A stretch of DNA of 61,590 bases, the filler included, from Actinobacteria bacterium UBA7524 (GTDB lineage Bacteria > Actinomycetota > Coriobacteriia > Anaerosomatales > UBA912): NCBI GenBank assembly GCA_002478275.1. It is 6 parts of 6 records of this genome, joined end to end, with 100 filler letters (N's around TTAATTAATTAA, not from the genome) between each part and the next. Parts side by side here need not be neighbours in the genome. Positions count along the whole stretch, not along the records: positions 50,616 to 53,550 come from DLMY01000005.1; positions 53,651 to 61,590 come from DLMY01000021.1; 4 more parts are not named here. One strand, 5' to 3'. Made by a program: the position numbers and the translations under genes. The notes below the pieces were generated by a model that worked only from the letters and a program-made list of their open reading frames with translations, made no database searches and had not been told where the DNA came from. Positions 52,695-61,590 of the stretch are shown in pieces; position 1 is the stretch's first letter; each line of letters starts with the position of its first letter.

Positions 52695-52798
52695 GTCGAA
52701 CGCTTGTGCGGATGAGCAGCGATGCGCTGCCATCCGTGATTCTCACCCGAGTGTACCTCGTCACGCGGCGTATTGACTGCTCAATCCGCGGGTTGGGT
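52695..52798 (-). mobile_element. attC-like recombination site (104 bp)
   Basis: Minus strand: ACCCAAC (RYYYAAC), 5 nt, GATTGAGCAG ... CTGCTCATC with one extra base in the left arm, then GTTCGAC. Starts 6 nt after the upstream stop and ends 19 nt before the next ATG. Confidence 0.6.
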
Positions 52799-52804
52799 GG
52801 CATG

Positions 52805-53410
52805 TCAAAACGAATGCGACATCCCGTCCGCCGACCGGGTGGCGTCCACGCTGAACTCCGCAACGACCGGAACGTCCCCAACGGGGAGACTGAGCCTGAC
52901 ACCTGATGCGGCGAGATCAACGGAAGGCCCCAGATGCACCGTCAGCACGAGGTCGGTCGCTCCTCGGGGCAGCTTGAACGTCCGACGTGTGTAGAAACCG
53001 GAGGTTCGGACCGGGCTGTCTTTGTCGGTCCATGCGGGGGCGCCATCATCGGCGATGATGATTGTGTCCGTCTCGGTGATCGCGGCGATGGACCACAGCG
53101 GATTTGCCTGGATAAGAGCCTGGACCGAATCGGCGGAAAGCTCAGCATATACGTCCGGTGCGTCCGTCCCGTCCGGGGCGAGTCGCTGGACCCGCATCGT
53201 AACACCGAGAACTTGTGCCCCGGAATAAGCCTCCGTCGTCGCAGTCCCCCACTCGGCCTCGGACTCCTCAGAGACGGTTTGGGCCGAATCCGTGTCCCCT
53301 CTCGTGAGCGTGACAGGGGGCGGGGCGGCATCGAACTTGGCGCAACCAGCGACAAGCAGTAGGGCGAAAAGTGCTGCTGCGAGCATGACCTCGGTCGTCC
53401 GATTGCTCAT
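52805..53410 (-). CDS. Hypothetical lipoprotein; putative gene cassette
   Basis: LLLVAGC lipobox; flanked by two attC-like sites. Confidence 0.72.
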   Translation of the reverse strand: MSNRTTEVMLAAALFALLLVAGCAKFDAAPPPVTLTRGDTDSAQTVSEESEAEWGTATTEAYSGAQVLGVTMRVQRLAPDGTDAPDVYAELSADSVQALIQANPLWSIAAITETDTIIIADDGAPAWTDKDSPVRTSGFYTRRTFKLPRGATDLVLTVHLGPSVDLAASGVRLSLPVGDVPVVAEFSVDATRSADGMSHSF

Positions 53411-53432
53411 CGCACAAGCTGCCCTTCGTTCC

Positions 53433-53526
53433 ACCTAGTGATTGCGCATGACCACAACGCCGCGCCCGATTCCCGCCCCAATCACCCTACCGATGCGACG
53501 AGCCGTTGTCGATGCGCAAGTTCGAC
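53433..53526 (-). mobile_element. Degenerate attC-like site (94 bp)
   Basis: Minus strand: GTCGAAC-TTGCGCAT[C]GAC...GTCATGCGCAA-TC-ACTAGGT; extra C in the left arm and a decayed core site. Confidence 0.5.
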
Positions 53527-53528
53527 AG

Positions 53529-53550
53529 GAGCGCGTAAGGTTTCGGGGGG
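53529..53550 (+). repeat. Second copy of the 22-bp IS-end-like sequence at a contig end
   Basis: GAGCGCGTAAGGTTTCGGGGGG, 21/22 identical to 8041-8062. Confidence 0.6.
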
Positions 53551-53938
53551 NNNNNNNNNNNNNNNNNNNNNNNNNNNNNNNNNNNNNNNNNNNNTTAATT
53601 AATTAANNNNNNNNNNNNNNNNNNNNNNNNNNNNNNNNNNNNNNNNNNNNCTTGTATTGGGCTGGGGTGGAAGCTAGCACAGGGGGCCGGCGGTCCCGGA
53701 CTTTGTGGTCCGAGGGGGGTGGGCGTGGTGTGGTCGATGGGTTTGGTCATGGCGGGCATAGCGAGCGACGGATCAGCTCGACCAGCCAGCGCGCCACGTT
53801 CTATCAGGCACTCGCTATGTGTGCAACGAGGGCCTGAAGTGCAATGTCGCAGGGATGCAGTATCCTCAGGCAGAGGACGAGACTTGGCAATTGGAGCTGA
53901 GGGCTCCAAAGCCACCGGTTGTTCAGACGGGGGGGTCT

Positions 53939-56900
53939 ATGCAGAGCGAGAATCCACAGCTGAGCCTGAGATACGTCGCCGATTCGGAGCTGAATCTCGA
54001 TGGCGGCACTGATCTCCTGGCTACCAAACCGTACGTCGATGTGCTGGAGCGGACGGTGCTCGACTGCACACCTCCGTTCACCATCGGTCTCTTCGGCAGC
54101 TGGGGCACGGGTAAGTCGTCTGTGGCAGCGACATTGTGCAAGCGCATAGACGCAGCCAGTGAGCAGACCGGCGTGGCAACGTTCACATACGATGCGTGGA
54201 AGTACTCAGGCGACGCGTTCTATCGGGCCTTCCTTCTGCAGTTGCGGTCACGCTTCAGCCTCGTTGGCGACGATCTGTACGATGAGTTCTACAAGGACAG
54301 CACTGCGGATGTTGGGCACGAGGTTGTTGCCTCAAAGTCCTTCGCTGTGGCCCTCGCTTCGTGGCTCCCGATGATTCTGCTTATCCTCTGGCTGATGTGG
54401 GCGCAGCCAGAACTCGAGACCGCCGTCCTCGTTGCGCTTCTGGGCGCGGCAATCACCGTTCTCGCCCAGGTGACTAGGAACGCGTTCATCACCTACACAG
54501 TCACCGTGAACCGACCGAGAACATTCGCCCCTGAACAGTTTGCCGAAGCGTTCAATGCCGCAATTGGGGCGATTATCGGACAGCCGGTCAAGGCGAAGTG
54601 GTTCAAGCGATGGGGTGGTACCAAGCTCAAGCGGCTGGTGATCGTGGTAGACAACATCGATCGATGCGACGGGCAGACCGCTGGAGATCTTCTCCTGAAC
54701 ATCAAGAACTTCCTTGAGCGTGAGGACGTCGTCTTCCTGCTGCCTCTAGACCCGGATGCCGTCAAGCGATTCCTGGACTTGGGTGAGCCTCAGGCATCTG
54801 AGTATCTGCGAAAAATCTTCACGGCTAGCATCACAATGAAGACCTTCACCACTAGCGAGCTGTTCGATTACGCCCAGGATCTGAATGAGACGAACGGGCT
54901 GGGGCTGCCGCCAGAGGCCGTTTCTCTTGCCTGCCAAGAGTTCGCCACGAATCCGCGCAGGATCATCCAGTTCTTGAACACTCTTCAGAACGAGGTGGCG
55001 TTGGCAACGGCGCAAGAGACTGACGGTCACATCGATTCGGGCGTCGTGTCTGGCAATGTTGCGTTCCTCGCGAAGCTGCTTGTCTTGAGAGAGGAATGGC
55101 CGGACTTCTTCGCGGGGGTTTGCGCGGAAGGCGGGCTGCTGGCGAGAGTCAATGAAGCCATCAAGCACGGGAAGTATCAACCGCATCCAGGGAATCCCGG
55201 CCAGTGGTCAGGTGAAGGAGTGCCGCTGCTGGAGACGGGGCTTTACCGATTCCTCATGCGCTCACAGACGATGACTGCTGATGCGCTGGATCCGTTCGTG
55301 GTCAACAAGGACGTGTTCAGAGGCGTGCCGGATTCGCTGAATGAGTTAGTGGTGAGTCAGAGCTGGGATGAAATCGTCGAAGGTATCAAGGCTGCGGCCT
55401 GGTCGCTCAAGCAGGTCGTGGACCTGGCCCTGCGTATAGGGGACAGAGATCTCGTGCAACGCAACTTGATGCTCACATCGGGATACAACGTTCTGGGTCT
55501 CTTCGGTGCCGCGCTCAGCGATTCCACCTACAATGACGCCGTGATGGATCTCCTGGGGGAGACGGAGGTTCACAGAATCGCCGCCATGTGTGAGTTGCGT
55601 TCGGTCGAACAGGTACTCGACAAGTTCAATCCCTCCAGACTGGTGGCTCTCGCGCGATTCCTACTCGAGCGTGGACATCCCACACTGGCGACCAGGGCAG
55701 TGGCACACGTCCGCGCAGCGTTCACTGGGGAGGGTTCTGTTGACCCCGCACCTAGGGACCTTCTGACCGAGATGATTCTTGGAATGGCTGATCATGCGGA
55801 TATTCTCGCCGAATTGGCTGTTCCGTTCGGCATATTTGCTGCAACGGCTCCCGTTGAAGCAGCTGCCCTCATTGCGGAGGTGCCGGAAGCAGCAAGAGTT
55901 ACGGTGCTGAGCGAACTTGCTCCGATGTCCCTGCTCGCTTGGGTTGAAGGTGAGTCCCCCCATGAGAGTCCCCATGATGAGCAGAGGTGCATTGACGCTG
56001 TCTTTGGACTGCTGCGTGAGGCCAGAAGCGCCGAGCACGTCAGCGGAGATGATATCGATGCGCTGGTCACGGCCACAGCAAGGCGAATGGAGCAAGAACC
56101 CGATCTCGATTCGCGAGAGACTTGGCTTCAGAGAATCGAAGGCTGGATAGACGAGGGCTCCGGGAGTCTGGTCCTTGGTGAACTTGCTGCAGCTCTGGAT
56201 CCCTTGATTGCACCGACGAGACTCGCAAGTGGGTCGGGTGAAGGCCTGCTCGCTGTGCGAGTCGCGGACAGGCTGATTCAGGATACAAGTGCCGACCTGC
56301 CTCAGCTGGAGAATCGCCTCGCGGAGGTAGCCACGTCTGACGATCTCAACGATGAACTGTCGGGATTCGCAACGGAGTCACTGATAGCCGCAGTGCGCCT
56401 TCATGCGCGTGGTTGGCCCTTCGTTGACGCAGTATTCTCGGTCGCAGAATCGCTCCAGGTCAATTCGAATGCATTCGCTAGAGCCGCCAAACTGCTCGGT
56501 GCAGTCATCGATTCGGACTCACCGGCGAACCGCCTGGACGACGCTCAGATTCAACGTCTGGCCAGCATCGTCTGCCGCGAAGGGGTGGCGGAGACCTGTT
56601 CTGACCTTTTGGCCAGCGCGCTAATGAACGAAGAGACTGCGCCACCAGTCACGCAGCATGTGTTGGATCTGCCGCATCGCTCACAAGCATTGACCGCCGC
56701 AATCTGGCGTAGTCGTCCCGAGTCGAGAGTGACGCTCTTGGACCAAGCGCTAGACACATACTCCTCAACAACCGTCCAGGCAACGATCACGGGGATTGCA
56801 GCAACTGTTGATCGTGATTCGCTCGGTCCTAGCCTCGCAGACTACGTTGATACCCTGCGCGATCCCATGACCGCTGCGAAGGTTGTTCGAGGGGTTCTTC

Positions 56901-57157
56901 GGTCGCGGGTTGTGGTTCCCAGAGACCGGCTGTCCGCTGCAATGTTCCGAGGAATTGTGAGAAGTGATAGGACGACTGCGATCCAGATTCTCGACCGGGC
57001 CCTCGGTGACGAGCTTGCAGGGTTGAGCGACGACGACTGGAAGACAGCAGCAAAAGGGCTGGACATAGGCAGTCTGGGCAAGAAGCAGCAAGCCACGATG
57101 AAGAAGGCGCGCAAGGTGCTGAAGTACATGAGGGCCAGAGAAGCGAAGCAGGCGTAG
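53939..57157 (+). CDS. KAP-family P-loop NTPase with long helical C-terminal region
   Basis: PFTIGLFGSWGTGKSS (Walker A), YDAWKY, two TM helices inserted after Walker A, RLVIVVDNIDRC (Walker B), EYLRKIF, NPRRIIQFLN. Confidence 0.92.
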   Translation: MQSENPQLSLRYVADSELNLDGGTDLLATKPYVDVLERTVLDCTPPFTIGLFGSWGTGKSSVAATLCKRIDAASEQTGVATFTYDAWKYSGDAFYRAFLLQLRSRFSLVGDDLYDEFYKDSTADVGHEVVASKSFAVALASWLPMILLILWLMWAQPELETAVLVALLGAAITVLAQVTRNAFITYTVTVNRPRTFAPEQFAEAFNAAIGAIIGQPVKAKWFKRWGGTKLKRLVIVVDNIDRCDGQTAGDLLLNIKNFLEREDVVFLLPLDPDAVKRFLDLGEPQASEYLRKIFTASITMKTFTTSELFDYAQDLNETNGLGLPPEAVSLACQEFATNPRRIIQFLNTLQNEVALATAQETDGHIDSGVVSGNVAFLAKLLVLREEWPDFFAGVCAEGGLLARVNEAIKHGKYQPHPGNPGQWSGEGVPLLETGLYRFLMRSQTMTADALDPFVVNKDVFRGVPDSLNELVVSQSWDEIVEGIKAAAWSLKQVVDLALRIGDRDLVQRNLMLTSGYNVLGLFGAALSDSTYNDAVMDLLGETEVHRIAAMCELRSVEQVLDKFNPSRLVALARFLLERGHPTLATRAVAHVRAAFTGEGSVDPAPRDLLTEMILGMADHADILAELAVPFGIFAATAPVEAAALIAEVPEAARVTVLSELAPMSLLAWVEGESPHESPHDEQRCIDAVFGLLREARSAEHVSGDDIDALVTATARRMEQEPDLDSRETWLQRIEGWIDEGSGSLVLGELAAALDPLIAPTRLASGSGEGLLAVRVADRLIQDTSADLPQLENRLAEVATSDDLNDELSGFATESLIAAVRLHARGWPFVDAVFSVAESLQVNSNAFARAAKLLGAVIDSDSPANRLDDAQIQRLASIVCREGVAETCSDLLASALMNEETAPPVTQHVLDLPHRSQALTAAIWRSRPESRVTLLDQALDTYSSTTVQATITGIAATVDRDSLGPSLADYVDTLRDPMTAAKVVRGVLRSRVVVPRDRLSAAMFRGIVRSDRTTAIQILDRALGDELAGLSDDDWKTAAKGLDIGSLGKKQQATMKKARKVLKYMRAREAKQA

Positions 57158-57225
57158 CCGGTCATCGACGGTGATCACTAGCCTGCGCTTCAGCTGAAAT
57201 GCAAATACTACGAGGAGGGGGAGGC

Positions 57226-57492
57226 ATGAAGTCGATTGAAGTGGCATGGAGACGCATCTTGCAGCGCGAGGGTGAGCGATTCGAAACGCTGACCGGTGGG
57301 CCATTCACCTACACCGTGACCGGCCATGTGCTTCGTACGGATCGCACCGACTTCAATCTCCCGAGATCCCAGTTTGAGAAGGCGCTCGATCTCGTGCCCG
57401 CCGCTGGCCCAGGCGAACTTCGTGACTTGCGCGGGCCCTCCTACATCTACGCAATTCTCCACGACAAGCGAATCCGTCAGGCAGACTGGTAG
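57226..57492 (+). CDS. Small hypothetical protein (88 aa)
   Basis: Strong GGAGG RBS; GERFETLTGGPFTY...EKAL...GPG...RGPSYIYAILHDKRI. Confidence 0.75.
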   Translation: MKSIEVAWRRILQREGERFETLTGGPFTYTVTGHVLRTDRTDFNLPRSQFEKALDLVPAAGPGELRDLRGPSYIYAILHDKRIRQADW

Positions 57493-57494
57493 GG

Positions 57495-57950
57495 GTGCCG
57501 GTGGGTGACGTCAGTTACCTGAATGAGAACGACGTGGTAGCCGCTGTCTGCGACTACCTGGAATCGCATGGGTACACGATCCATAGCACCTGCACCACGA
57601 AGCAGACCGGTGAAGACATCGTGGCAAGCAATGCCTCGACGGGGGAGAGGTTGTCCGTCGAGGCAAAAGGGGCCACTAGCGCTCGCGAGCGCAGTGCTCG
57701 ATTCGGCCAGCCATTCGACAGTGCTCAGATCCGGGTCCACGTGTCAGAGGCCGTCTTCAAAGCCGTGCAGGTCTTGTCGGCAGCGACCGAAGGTGAGCCC
57801 GTCACTGCCGGTATTGCTCTGCCGGCCACGTCATACCATCAGTCGATGGTGGGTCTGGTCATGCCGATACTCGAACGCTTAGGGGTCAGGCTGTTCTGGG
57901 TTCTCTCTGATGGCAGCGTTACGACCGGAAGTCCGCCGCCACCTTCCTAG
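57495..57950 (+). CDS. PD-(D/E)XK restriction-endonuclease-like protein
   Basis: ENDVVAAVCDYLESHGY...GEDIVA...LSVEAKG gives the E...D...ExK pattern of Mrr-like nucleases. Confidence 0.75.
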   Translation: MPVGDVSYLNENDVVAAVCDYLESHGYTIHSTCTTKQTGEDIVASNASTGERLSVEAKGATSARERSARFGQPFDSAQIRVHVSEAVFKAVQVLSAATEGEPVTAGIALPATSYHQSMVGLVMPILERLGVRLFWVLSDGSVTTGSPPPPS

Positions 57951-58093
57951 GCAGTGCCCCCACGCAGGCGGCGCCCGCGAGTCGAGCGCAGGGCTACTAG
58001 GCAAGCGGCCTCGCAAGTGATGATGGGCCCGTTCCATGTCAGACTCGCGTGGTTCACTGTCTGTGATGATCCGCACAAGTGACGGGGGTCTTG

Positions 58094-58564
58094 ATGAAGC
58101 GAGACTTCGGCGGGATGACGCTCGAGCGAGTCGGCGCGATTGACCCGGAGTGTGACGCGGCGGGTTCGGTTCGGGAATTCATGCCGCAGTCTCGGTATGC
58201 CAAGGCGGATTCGACTCCCCTTAATCCCAACGGTGCTGGCCCATTCTGTCGTTTCTCAATTGGCAAGGGCATCAACGCAGCCGGGGTCTATGTCCTGACC
58301 GTCGACGGTGCGCCAGTCTACGCGGGCAAGTGCGAGAACCTCGCTAAGCGATGGGGCGGTATGGGCTATGGCGCGATCTCACCCAAGAACTGCTTTGTCG
58401 GGGGTCAGTCGACCAACTGCAAGATCAACAACCGAGTCCTGCGTCACGCTCAGGCTGGTTGCACACTCGAGATCTGGTTCCATCCCACCGCTGATGCCGC
58501 TGCCGCAGAGCGGAGGCTTATCCTCGGCCTTCGCCCACAGTGGAACAGCCAGGTTCCCTGGTGA
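58094..58564 (+). CDS. GIY-YIG nuclease family protein
   Basis: GVYVL...VYAGKCENLAKRW...ERRLI...RPQWN. Confidence 0.85.
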   Translation: MKRDFGGMTLERVGAIDPECDAAGSVREFMPQSRYAKADSTPLNPNGAGPFCRFSIGKGINAAGVYVLTVDGAPVYAGKCENLAKRWGGMGYGAISPKNCFVGGQSTNCKINNRVLRHAQAGCTLEIWFHPTADAAAAERRLILGLRPQWNSQVPW

Positions 58565-58567
58565 ACG

Positions 58568-58855
58568 GTGGCTCAGATGTTCAGCACTCCTGAGACGGTC
58601 GCGCTGATCTTCGCAGCCGGAGTGATCGAGCGGGAGAGGCAGCGCGAACATGCGCTGCAGGTCGTCCAATCTCTGGGCCTTGATCAGCGGCTCGTGCCTT
58701 TCATCCCGCTGCCTCCGCGCAAGCGCAAGTTGCGAGCAGAGTACGAGCGTCTGCTCTCGACACTGCAGGAGATCTCCGCGATGCCCGAACCTGAACGCTC
58801 AAAGACGATCGATGATGTGAGGATCGCCGCTGCAGTCGTTGGGTGGCATGCGTAA
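58568..58855 (+). CDS. Hypothetical protein
   Basis: Fills the gap in the co-oriented cluster; its stop overlaps the next start. Confidence 0.5.
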   Translation: MAQMFSTPETVALIFAAGVIERERQREHALQVVQSLGLDQRLVPFIPLPPRKRKLRAEYERLLSTLQEISAMPEPERSKTIDDVRIAAAVVGWHA

Positions 58856-61460
58856 CGTGCCCCGTGCGGTATGCTCGGGTGGCGATCCGCTCACAGGGAG
58901 GACCATCAAAGTGGATTCGAATCAACGCTTGGTATGGTGGTCCTGGGCCGACATCATCAAGCATGCCCATCAGCTGGGTATTCCGAACTTCCAGCGGGGT
59001 GCGGTCTGGGGCTCGGCCAACAGGACCGCGTTGCTTGAGTCGATGTTCGAACGATCGCCGTGTGGGTCGTTCGTGCTCTGGCAGCCAATGGATGACGGTG
59101 ACCCGCGTCGTCATGGAGTCCCGGTGCTGTCGCTCTCCTTCTCCCAGGGCACTGCGCCGATGTGGCTCGTAGACGGTCAGCAGCGCACACGCGCAATGCT
59201 CGACACCTATCGACAGTTGTTCGCAGTCCCGATGTCAGAGGGTTGGACCCTCGTTCGCGACGAGGATCTCGAAAGCCTTCGCGCCCTCGGCCCGACTGGG
59301 TTGGATGAGGCCCTGATACACGTTGCTCCTGACCCCGAGGACAGTGAGGAGGACCTCGGCACGAGGTGCTGGGTGGTTGTCCTGCCGGCAATGCGTCAGT
59401 TCGATACCGACGGGGACAACTACTTCGCTGACCGGAGTGAGTCTCGCGGAGTGCGGCGTGGGGCCATGTTCCGCCGAATCAGTCCCTCCGCGCGAGTGCA
59501 GCGCGATGCAGGGGGTCGGATCAAGCGGCTTCCCCCCGGGGTGCCGGGAACGCTGCCGCTTGCGCTGGTGTTAGCCCCCTCGGGCGTGTTCAGTGACGCT
59601 GACGCGCGGCAAGAGGCCGCGAGGGTTCTTGCTACCCTGACGAGCGACCACCCGGACTTCGAGCGGCTCGACGATCTCCTGCCGTGGGGACCTCAATTCG
59701 TCACGGGACACACCTATGAGGTGATCGCGGACGGAACGCGTGTGCCGATGCGCTGGGCGGACGTTTGTCGCCGCGCAGCAGACGATGATGTGCGATTCAT
59801 GGTCTCCCGGCTCGAGGGCGTACTGTCAGGCGACCGATGGCAACCCGTATTCGATCAACTCAAGGAGATGCTCACAGGGGGACGGTTCGCAGTTGGCTGG
59901 CTTCCAAAGAGCGACGTAAGCGCTGCGATCGACGCGTACGTGCGCATCAACCGCGCCGGGATTCGCGTCCGACAAGAGGAGCAGGCGCTCGCCCTGCTGT
60001 CTCGAGCACATCCGCACCTGCTGGATGAGCTCGCGGAGTTCATCAGGGTGCGGGATGGAGAGATGTCTGCGGAAGACGGCCGGTCTCTGCTTGTGCATGA
60101 GTCCGATCGGCACATGGGATTTGCGGTATGGATGCGTGCCGTAACTCGATACTCCGCCCTGGCGCTGCTCGGGACGACCGCGTGCGGTTGGCTTGGCACC
60201 TCGGCTATCGACAAGGACACCTTTCGCTACCGCCTGGGGCGAGTCGGGCCTCGCGAGACCAAGGCTGGGACCAAGACGTGGGCGCGCGGGGATTACTCCA
60301 ATCCAGGCGAGCTCGTGCGCGAGTGCTCCACCCGCGTATCGCGCGCCTTGGCCCTGGTGGACTCCGTCCTATCTGGGGAGCTCCTGTTCGACCACCGGAT
60401 GGCCCGTCCATCCACTTGGGCTCTCACGCCGCTGATTGATCTGCTCTATCGCGTTCCTGAGCAAGCGTTCGATCAGATCGACCGCGACGCGGAATTCCGC
60501 GCAGCAGTCGCGCGTCTCCTGCACTGGGCGCTTCTCGCGCCCTATCTCGATCAGGCGGACCTGCGGCGCCTCATCAGTGACGTTCATGACGCTCCTGGCA
60601 ACTACGTGGAGCAGCCGCTGTCTCCATGGAGCTTGACCAACGACCAGTGGCGAGTTGAGTTGCGGGAGTCTCTGGGGCGGTATCAGACGACGCTGCTGCA
60701 CCTTTGGAGCAGGAGGGACGCCGCCGCTGCCGAACGCGAGGGCGCTCACCCCGTTTCGATCGAGCATATCCCGCAGTCACAGGCGTTGACCGAGCTCGCG
60801 GTTCGCGCCTTCGAGAACGATGTGCGGGAAGCGCGTTCGCTGCAGCACCCCGCCGTGGGCTGGCTGTACGCTATTGAGCGCCTGGGTGGAGCGCGGGAGT
60901 TCCTGTGGCAGGCCCAGTACCAGGCGTATGCAGAATCCGCAGGTGGAATCGGGATTCCTACGCCCTCGGTTCCGTACTGCGAGGAAGCGCAACTTCAGAA
61001 GCCGGATCGGGGCTATCAGCAGGCGCTGTATCCGGAGAAGCAGCACATCGTCCCCTTCGATTACGCGAGAAGGATTGCGAACAAAGGCGGAACTCGCTCG
61101 ACGGCCTCTCCTGCGAATGCCATCGGCAATCTCACTTGGCTGAGCCAGCGCCAGAACGGTCTGGACGGCTTCAGTAACCGCTGGACTGCTATGGATCCTG
61201 AGCGGGATTACGAGAATCTTGCAGCTCGGGGAATTCTCTGGCGATCCTCCTCGGATGCGGAGTCTCCGACCGCGCTCGGACTGTACGAAGGTGTTCGCGA
61301 TGCGGTGCGCAGCGGTAGGGTCGCCGACGCGGCAGATTCGTTCGAAGCATTCTGCAGCGTACGCAGCGACTGGATGGTGCATCGGATGCGAGAGTGGCTT
61401 GAGATGCCACTAACGGAGGCCGCGGTTTGGTGGCTTGATGCAGGAGCGGAGTCTGTCTGA
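58848..61460 (+). CDS. GmrSD-like protein: N-terminal DUF262 and C-terminal HNH-like (DUF1524-like) nuclease
   Basis: IPNFQRGAVW, LLESM...PCGSFVLW, LVDGQQR, YVRINRAG; C-terminal EKQHIVP...IGNLTWLSQRQN. Confidence 0.85.
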   Translation: MRNVPRAVCSGGDPLTGRTIKVDSNQRLVWWSWADIIKHAHQLGIPNFQRGAVWGSANRTALLESMFERSPCGSFVLWQPMDDGDPRRHGVPVLSLSFSQGTAPMWLVDGQQRTRAMLDTYRQLFAVPMSEGWTLVRDEDLESLRALGPTGLDEALIHVAPDPEDSEEDLGTRCWVVVLPAMRQFDTDGDNYFADRSESRGVRRGAMFRRISPSARVQRDAGGRIKRLPPGVPGTLPLALVLAPSGVFSDADARQEAARVLATLTSDHPDFERLDDLLPWGPQFVTGHTYEVIADGTRVPMRWADVCRRAADDDVRFMVSRLEGVLSGDRWQPVFDQLKEMLTGGRFAVGWLPKSDVSAAIDAYVRINRAGIRVRQEEQALALLSRAHPHLLDELAEFIRVRDGEMSAEDGRSLLVHESDRHMGFAVWMRAVTRYSALALLGTTACGWLGTSAIDKDTFRYRLGRVGPRETKAGTKTWARGDYSNPGELVRECSTRVSRALALVDSVLSGELLFDHRMARPSTWALTPLIDLLYRVPEQAFDQIDRDAEFRAAVARLLHWALLAPYLDQADLRRLISDVHDAPGNYVEQPLSPWSLTNDQWRVELRESLGRYQTTLLHLWSRRDAAAAEREGAHPVSIEHIPQSQALTELAVRAFENDVREARSLQHPAVGWLYAIERLGGAREFLWQAQYQAYAESAGGIGIPTPSVPYCEEAQLQKPDRGYQQALYPEKQHIVPFDYARRIANKGGTRSTASPANAIGNLTWLSQRQNGLDGFSNRWTAMDPERDYENLAARGILWRSSSDAESPTALGLYEGVRDAVRSGRVADAADSFEAFCSVRSDWMVHRMREWLEMPLTEAAVWWLDAGAESV

Positions 61461-61550
61461 CTTCAAGTCCGATCGTCGCTACTCGACTTGCTCATTGTCG
61501 CAAGACCCCCGGGTTGGGGGATGCGCTGACGCCATAATCGCGCCCCGGAG

Positions 61551-61571
61551 TTGTTGCCCGATTTGTTGCCC
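61551..61571 (+). repeat. Tandem 9-bp direct repeat resembling tyrosine-integrase arm-type sites
   Basis: TTGTTGCCC-GAT-TTGTTGCCC in the non-coding tail after the defence cluster. Confidence 0.5.
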
Positions 61572-61590
61572 AAATACATGGTACTTGTTG

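Noticed and set aside
53651..53915. Pro-rich minus-strand ORF at the start of contig 6
   Set aside because: Truncated, low complexity and without recognisable motifs.
50616..61590. Cassette region and defence island as a single element
   Set aside because: They are separated by an artificial linker at 53551-53650, so adjacency is unsupported.

Overview
A high-GC scaffold made of six contigs joined by artificial N-TTAATTAATTAA-N linkers (8063-8162, 12581-12680, 38926-39025, 50516-50615, 53551-53650), so gene adjacency across linkers means nothing. Gene content (V/A-type ATPase, cell-wall-binding-repeat-2 proteins, MenK-like radical SAM enzyme, rimI-tsaD fusion) suggests an anaerobic actinobacterium, most likely Coriobacteriia (inference). 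Contig 1 holds the best candidate for a new system: a 24-aa peptide gene missing from the ORF track (7053-7127, MKRIAFLLASLAALVIGGGAAWKM) inside a predicted RNA structure, followed by an intact and a degenerate membrane HD-GYP protein, a DUF5317-like membrane protein with signal-peptidase-II-like motifs, and a MalT-like NTPase/BTAD regulator. This is read as a putative peptide-signalling pathway controlling cyclic dinucleotides. Contig 2 is a surface-glycan cluster with a probable flippase-GT4 fusion. Contig 3 is mostly housekeeping (amidase, ychF, groESL with CIRCE, tsaE/tsaB/rimI-tsaD, V/A-ATPase operon, alr, nnr) plus a three-gene insert behind a TTGACA-poly-G12 putative promoter. Contig 4 has a cytochrome b tail, menK-like, suhB-like, tautomerase, a large beta-helix surface protein, hemE/H/G and an acs tail. 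Contig 5 has two attC-like sites around a lipoprotein gene plus a Phd antitoxin, resembling an integron cassette remnant. Contig 6 is a probable defence island (KAP NTPase, PD-(D/E)XK nuclease, GIY-YIG, GmrSD-like) ending in integrase arm-type-like repeats. All family calls come from motif recognition by eye; no database searches were run.
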